Shown in pieces: positions 59,262-64,000 of a DNA stretch of 64,000 nucleotides (within the stretch, counting starts at the first letter, position 1; each line of letters starts with the position of its first letter). This stretch comes from Candidatus Marinacidobacterium sp. GTDB taxonomy: Bacteria; Acidobacteriota; Vicinamibacteria; Marinacidobacterales; Marinacidobacteraceae. The stretch spans positions 1,536,001 through 1,600,000 of the forward strand of contig OZ242011.1 of NCBI GenBank assembly GCA_965204755.1. The letters are read 5' to 3'. The translations under genes and the position numbers were made by a program. Below the pieces are notes generated by a model. It did no database searches. It saw nothing but the letters and a program-made list of their open reading frames with translations, and had not been told where the DNA came from.

Positions 59262-61853
59262 ATGATGCAGATCACAAGGAAGTCGAGTCCGCTGCGCGGG
59301 CTGACTGTCCTTCTCGCCCTGATGCTGGGCGCCGGCCTCGTGCTGTCCGGGTGCGGTGACGACGACTCGACCACCACGACCCCGGCCCCGGCGCCCGCGC
59401 CGCCGGCCCCGGCCCCGACGCCGACCCTCGACGCCCCGGGCGGGCTGACGGTCGCCTCCAGCGGGACCGACTACATCGAGTTCAGTTGGGAGGCCGTGGA
59501 AGGCGCGAGCGGCTACGAGATCCAACTCAGCACGACCGAGGGGGACTTCAGTTCCGTCTCGACGGCGAGCGTGACGGGCACGATGCACCGGTTCTCGGTT
59601 GAGCCGGGCACGACCGCCTACGCGCGGGTCCGGGCGGTGTCGGACGAGGCGAACAACAGCGACTGGACGGAGGCGGTTACGGGGATGAGCAACGCGGCCC
59701 CGCTGGTGCTGGGCGTGCCGACGGTCCGGGTGAAGGCCACGGGCGTGGACTTCGTCGAGTGGGAGTGGGACGCGGTGGAGAACGCGCAGGGCTACCAGTT
59801 GCAGGTCGCGGACTCGGAGGATGGCTTCGAGATGGCGGAATTGGAGACGGTTACCGCGACTTCGCACCGGGTGACGGTGGAGCCGGAGACGACGATGTAC
59901 ATCCGGGTTCGGGCGGGCGTCCTCCTTCCGACGCCGACGGCCGGCGACTGGAGCGAAGCGGTGATGGCGACGAGCGACATGGCGCCGAGCCCGCTGACGG
60001 TGAGCATGAGCACTCCGGATGCGGACGACGACAAGTCGTGCATGGGTCAGGCGTTCTGCCCGGACGACGGCAAGGACGCGGAGACGGCGATGGCTTCGGT
60101 GAACGCCAAGTTGATGGTGAGTTCCTCGCACGCCGCCCGGATCACGCCGATGTTCATGGAGGGCGCCCGGCCGGTGGTGGTGTCCGCCGGCTCCGGGGCG
60201 ACCCCGTTCACATTCGTGGACTGGTCGGCGACGCAGGTGGCGGTGGCGCGTGACGGCGCGGTGTTCATGTTCGAGAAGGTGACGGTGGGCGCCGGTCAGG
60301 AAGCGATGCCGACGGGCGATGTGGCCTACATCACCTGCGGCCCGTTCCGCTGCTCCGACGCCGCCACGGATGCCCCGCCGCGGCCGGCGATCACTCTGGA
60401 GGACTCCGCCGTCTGCCAGGAGTTCGAAGCCAGTCTGGACTTGGTGAAGGGGATCGCGAGTAACGGCGCCGCTCGAGACACCGGCGGCGAACGCATTGCG
60501 ACCACGAACATCGGCCTGGACTTCGGTTTCACCTACACCGCGACGCACGCCGCGACCGTGACCCACGAATTCACCGGTCTGGCTTCCGACGGCGGCGGCG
60601 CCTACCGGGTGAATGGCGGTTCCGTCGCCCCGGCTTCCACCCCGACCGGGCTGCCCCTGGCGCCCCGAGGCGCGGGGAGGACCGCCGTCAACCACTTCGG
60701 CGGCGCCCTGAACCGGGACGACATGCGGGGGACGCAGGACCAGCCGGGCCCGATCCGGAACGGCTACGACAACGGCGACCCGGTGGACTGCTACGACGAA
60801 GAGAACCTCGCTTTGCCGGAGAGCGCCGATCGCGGCTATGAGATCGCCAACAGCAGTCTGGGCCGGGTGATCGGCCGGCTGAAGCGGCCGGAGCACTGCG
60901 CCCGGCTCATCACCGACGGCATCTACGAGGTGGCGCCCGCGGGCAAGGCGAGTCCGAACTGGCGGAACTACCTGGCCGGGTACCGGATCCGCTTCACCCC
61001 GACGGCGGCCGTCGCCTGGGGCGGCAGCGCCGTTGCCTGGAGCAGCCTCGAAGACGACCCCTTCGACGGCCTGGCCTGCCCCGACCGGGCCTTCGAAGTC
61101 ACCGACCTGGTGGATGTCTGCCGGGACTTCGAGGACGAAGTGGACGCCTATTGGGGCGAGGGCATCGGCGCCGGCGGCCCGTTCCAGGTCGAATACGCCG
61201 CCTCGGCCGCCGGCGTCACCGTGGCGACCCACGAACTCACCCACATCGTCATCCGGAACAAGGCGAATTCCGACAACACGCAGATCGGGACCGAATTCGC
61301 TTATCGCCCGCGCGGTTCCCGGCACGCCCATATGTGGCTCGTGGATTCCCGCACGACCGGGATTGCCGCCGGAATCGACGGCACCCGGGAGGACCCCGAT
61401 CTCTACTTCGCGGACGAGAACACGGACGCCCGCCTCGGTACGGGGGGCGGGGATCTCGAGGGCTCCGGCGGCGATGGGGATTGGCGCCCGCTCATGGTCC
61501 TCGACCTGAGGGACCAGGACGGGGATCCGAAGTACGGCGACTTCGGCAAGGTGGACTTCGACGGCAACGGGAAAGCGGACAACATCACCGCCATCGATGA
61601 CGACGCTTCGCGCGCCTGCACTGCGAACGACGGCGGCGCCGGCTGCGACGCCGAGATGACCTTCGACCTGAGCGCCACTTTCACCCGCATTCGCGACACC
61701 GACGCCTGCACCCGCACCATCGAACAGAGCATCACCTGCACCTGGGACGCCGACGGCGACAAGCAGCGCGGCGGCACGAACCGGTTCGATGTCCGGACCG
61801 GCGCGAACGAGTCCCCGGACCGGAACTTCTTCATCCGCTGCGAGCCGTCCTGA
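59262..61853 (+). CDS. Fibronectin type III domain lipoprotein with Cys-rich C-terminal region
   Basis: LSGC lipobox, two Fn3 domains (IEFSWEAVEGASGYEIQ; VEWEWDAVENAQGYQLQ). Confidence 0.85.
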   Translation: MMQITRKSSPLRGLTVLLALMLGAGLVLSGCGDDDSTTTTPAPAPAPPAPAPTPTLDAPGGLTVASSGTDYIEFSWEAVEGASGYEIQLSTTEGDFSSVSTASVTGTMHRFSVEPGTTAYARVRAVSDEANNSDWTEAVTGMSNAAPLVLGVPTVRVKATGVDFVEWEWDAVENAQGYQLQVADSEDGFEMAELETVTATSHRVTVEPETTMYIRVRAGVLLPTPTAGDWSEAVMATSDMAPSPLTVSMSTPDADDDKSCMGQAFCPDDGKDAETAMASVNAKLMVSSSHAARITPMFMEGARPVVVSAGSGATPFTFVDWSATQVAVARDGAVFMFEKVTVGAGQEAMPTGDVAYITCGPFRCSDAATDAPPRPAITLEDSAVCQEFEASLDLVKGIASNGAARDTGGERIATTNIGLDFGFTYTATHAATVTHEFTGLASDGGGAYRVNGGSVAPASTPTGLPLAPRGAGRTAVNHFGGALNRDDMRGTQDQPGPIRNGYDNGDPVDCYDEENLALPESADRGYEIANSSLGRVIGRLKRPEHCARLITDGIYEVAPAGKASPNWRNYLAGYRIRFTPTAAVAWGGSAVAWSSLEDDPFDGLACPDRAFEVTDLVDVCRDFEDEVDAYWGEGIGAGGPFQVEYAASAAGVTVATHELTHIVIRNKANSDNTQIGTEFAYRPRGSRHAHMWLVDSRTTGIAAGIDGTREDPDLYFADENTDARLGTGGGDLEGSGGDGDWRPLMVLDLRDQDGDPKYGDFGKVDFDGNGKADNITAIDDDASRACTANDGGAGCDAEMTFDLSATFTRIRDTDACTRTIEQSITCTWDADGDKQRGGTNRFDVRTGANESPDRNFFIRCEPS

Positions 61854-61947
61854 CGGCCTCCTGACCCGGGGAGCGGCGGCGCGCGCCGCCCCCGGGCGCC
61901 CGGCGAAGCGCCCGCGCCGCGCCCGCCCGCCGCGCGGCGCCCCTGTT

Positions 61948-63411
61948 TCAGTCCGGGAAGGCGGCCAGGATCGCGCCGACGGTCTCGTTCAGGTACTCGT
62001 CGAAACCCCCGGGGCTCGGCCCCAGCCGGACGACCACCGCGTCCTCGGACGGGATCACCATGGTGACCTGTCCCATGAACCCGGCCGCCCAGTACGCGTC
62101 GCGGGGAATGTCCGGGTGCCGCCCGCCGGCGTTCAGCCACCACAGGCCGCCGTACTCGTCGTCCGCCGCTCCCGGCGACGGGGAACTCACGAACTCCGAC
62201 CACCCCTCCGGGAGGATCCGCTCCCCGGCGAAGACGCCGTCCCACAGGTGGAGCAGGCCGAACCGCAACCAGTCGGCGGCGCTCCCGTATTCGTAGCCGC
62301 TCAGGATGAAGTTGCCCCAGGGGTCGGGCTCCAGCACGAAGTCGCGGGAACCGATCTTGTCGAAGAGTTGGCGCTGCGGGTGGGTCAGGTATTCCATGCC
62401 GGCGTTCTCCACGGTTTCGCGGACGATCCGGCCGAGCGAGAGCGGGTCCGAGTTGCGGTAGCGGAACTCGGTTCCCGGGGGAATGCCGTAGGGCTGCCCG
62501 GAGGCGTGCGCGAACACATCCAGCGCGTCGAAATAGACCCGCATGTGCTCGTTGTCGGGCAGCAGCGAACCCGGGCCGGCGAGGCCGTTGTTCGTCATGT
62601 CGAGCCCGCCGGTCATGGTGAGCAGGTGCCGCAACAGGATCGCCCCGCGCGGGTCGCCCTCTGCCCGCCATTCCGCGATCGGCGCCGGGTCGTCGAGCCC
62701 GAAGTGGCCCTTCTCCATCAGCCGCCCGATGAGCGCCGCGGTGAGGCTCTTCCCCTCGGACCAACTGATCTGCGGCGTGTTCCGGGTGAACCCGGGGGCG
62801 TACCGCTCACCGACGATCCGTCCGCCCCGCGCGACGGCGAGCGCGCGGGTGTTCTGCGGGGCCGCCATGGCGGCGCCCAGCGCGGCGTCGAGCATCGCCC
62901 GATCCACGCCGGCCTGGTCGAACTCCTCCGCGCCCCGGTCGCCGAGCGGCCAGTCCTGCTCCGAGGCGTCCGGCAGGTTCCGCGGCACGGTTACCGGGGT
63001 GAACCGCACGGAGTCGGCGCCGTCCTCGAGCAGGGTGCAGCCCTGGTCGCCGTGGTAGCGCGCCTTGCGGGGGTTCACATCGGCGGCCCACACGGTGGCC
63101 GACCGCTCCTCCGGGTCCACCTCCCACTCGAAGTCGTCCTGCCAGGCGAAGGCGGGGAACGGGGCGATGTCCTCGGCGAGCACCGTTTCCGGCGAACGCT
63201 CCGTCACCCGCCCGACGACGAACACGCCGGAGCAGAGGTGGTGCGCGGCGATCCCCGCCGCGTACTTCCGAAACCGGTCGTCGGGCGCGGCCTCGCCGGC
63301 GCCGCCGCCGCTGTCAGGGGCGGCGCCGCCACAGGCAACCACGGCGAGCGCGAGCAGGCCCGCCAACGCGGGCGCTGCGCGGCCCCGGTCGAATTCCGCG
63401 ATCCGGAACAT
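61948..63411 (-). CDS. Beta-lactamase / class C-like serine hydrolase lipoprotein
   Basis: VVAC, WSEGKS (SxxK), LLTMTGG, FRYRNSD, AAGFMGQ. Confidence 0.9.
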   Translation of the reverse strand: MFRIAEFDRGRAAPALAGLLALAVVACGGAAPDSGGGAGEAAPDDRFRKYAAGIAAHHLCSGVFVVGRVTERSPETVLAEDIAPFPAFAWQDDFEWEVDPEERSATVWAADVNPRKARYHGDQGCTLLEDGADSVRFTPVTVPRNLPDASEQDWPLGDRGAEEFDQAGVDRAMLDAALGAAMAAPQNTRALAVARGGRIVGERYAPGFTRNTPQISWSEGKSLTAALIGRLMEKGHFGLDDPAPIAEWRAEGDPRGAILLRHLLTMTGGLDMTNNGLAGPGSLLPDNEHMRVYFDALDVFAHASGQPYGIPPGTEFRYRNSDPLSLGRIVRETVENAGMEYLTHPQRQLFDKIGSRDFVLEPDPWGNFILSGYEYGSAADWLRFGLLHLWDGVFAGERILPEGWSEFVSSPSPGAADDEYGGLWWLNAGGRHPDIPRDAYWAAGFMGQVTMVIPSEDAVVVRLGPSPGGFDEYLNETVGAILAAFPD

Positions 63412-63530
63412 GGTGAACTCTCCCTCTCCCAGCCCCTGCCCCGATTCTACGGGCGCCCCGCCGAGGCGGCCGCCGTTCGGGCCCGGGGCGTTCTCCCGCG
63501 CCCGACGAACGCCGCTACCCTGCCGGGGCG

Positions 63531-63842
63531 ATGCCGAAACGACGCCTGTACGTCCGACTCGACGAATCGACCTACGACGCGCTCCGCCGAAGGGCGCGCG
63601 AGCGTCGGACTTCGATGGCCTCGCTGGTCCGCGAAGCCATCGCCGACTCGCTGGAGCCGCCGTCCCGCGACGACCGGCAGCCGGACTACCCGCTCGCGGG
63701 CCTCGTAGGGATCGCTACGGGAGAACCGCTGCCCGACGGGAGGGCCGTGTCGGAGCACCACGACGAGGTGCTCGAGGAGGCGTATTCGGAGGGATGGTTC
63801 CGGAGCGCCGACTCCTCCCTGCCGGCGGACATCGAGCGATAA
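63531..63842 (+). CDS. CopG/ribbon-helix-helix protein (antitoxin-like)
   Basis: RLYVRLD...LRRRA....SMASLVREAI; VSEHHDEVL. Confidence 0.75.
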   Translation: MPKRRLYVRLDESTYDALRRRARERRTSMASLVREAIADSLEPPSRDDRQPDYPLAGLVGIATGEPLPDGRAVSEHHDEVLEEAYSEGWFRSADSSLPADIER

Positions 63843-63875
63843 GAAGGCCGGGCCGCCGGGAGACCCCCGCCCCGC

Positions 63876-64000
63876 CTACGCCGCGCTCCCGGCGAAGCGC
63901 GCCATGCGCTCGAGCGCTTCCTCGATGCGCTCCTCGCTCTGGAGCATCGAGATCCGGGCCCACTTCTCCCAACTCGCGCCGAACGCGGTCCCCGGGAAGA
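63876..64000 (-). CDS. Class I/II aminotransferase, C-terminal end
   Basis: FPGTAFG...WARISML..EERIEEALERM then stop. Confidence 0.75.
   Translation of the reverse strand, partial: FPGTAFGASWEKWARISMLQSEERIEEALERMARFAGSAA

Overview
A very GC-rich bacterial window. Gene content (mfd-surA synteny, Oar-type TonB receptor, Fn3/Calx-beta lipoproteins, matrixins, expanded AAA+ ATPases) suggests an Acidobacterium, possibly host- or sponge-associated; this is inference only. 0-12 kb is housekeeping (mfd, three PPIases, moaA, trxA, CDF transporter, TolB-repeat/PHP hydrolase). 12-23 kb holds an orphan DNA methyltransferase, a QhpG-like flavoprotein, a Tat-exported PLP enzyme, a type III-like R-M pair whose mod gene is frameshifted at a 34-G tract, a DUF2779 nuclease and a phosphatase. 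25-32 kb is a quinohemoprotein amine dehydrogenase operon (qhpADCBFE) whose probable qhpG lies about 10 kb away. 32-54 kb is accessory DNA: AAA+ ATPases with relic duplications, hipBA, an intact IS3, two matrixin+lipoprotein modules, five tandem erythromycin-esterase-family lipoproteins and an internally deleted IS1634. 54-64 kb has a TonB receptor, an intact Cys-rich lanthipeptide-like precursor beside a decayed lanB, an Fn3 lipoprotein and a serine hydrolase. No rRNA, tRNA or CRISPR array was seen. All calls come from motif recognition by eye; no database searches were run.
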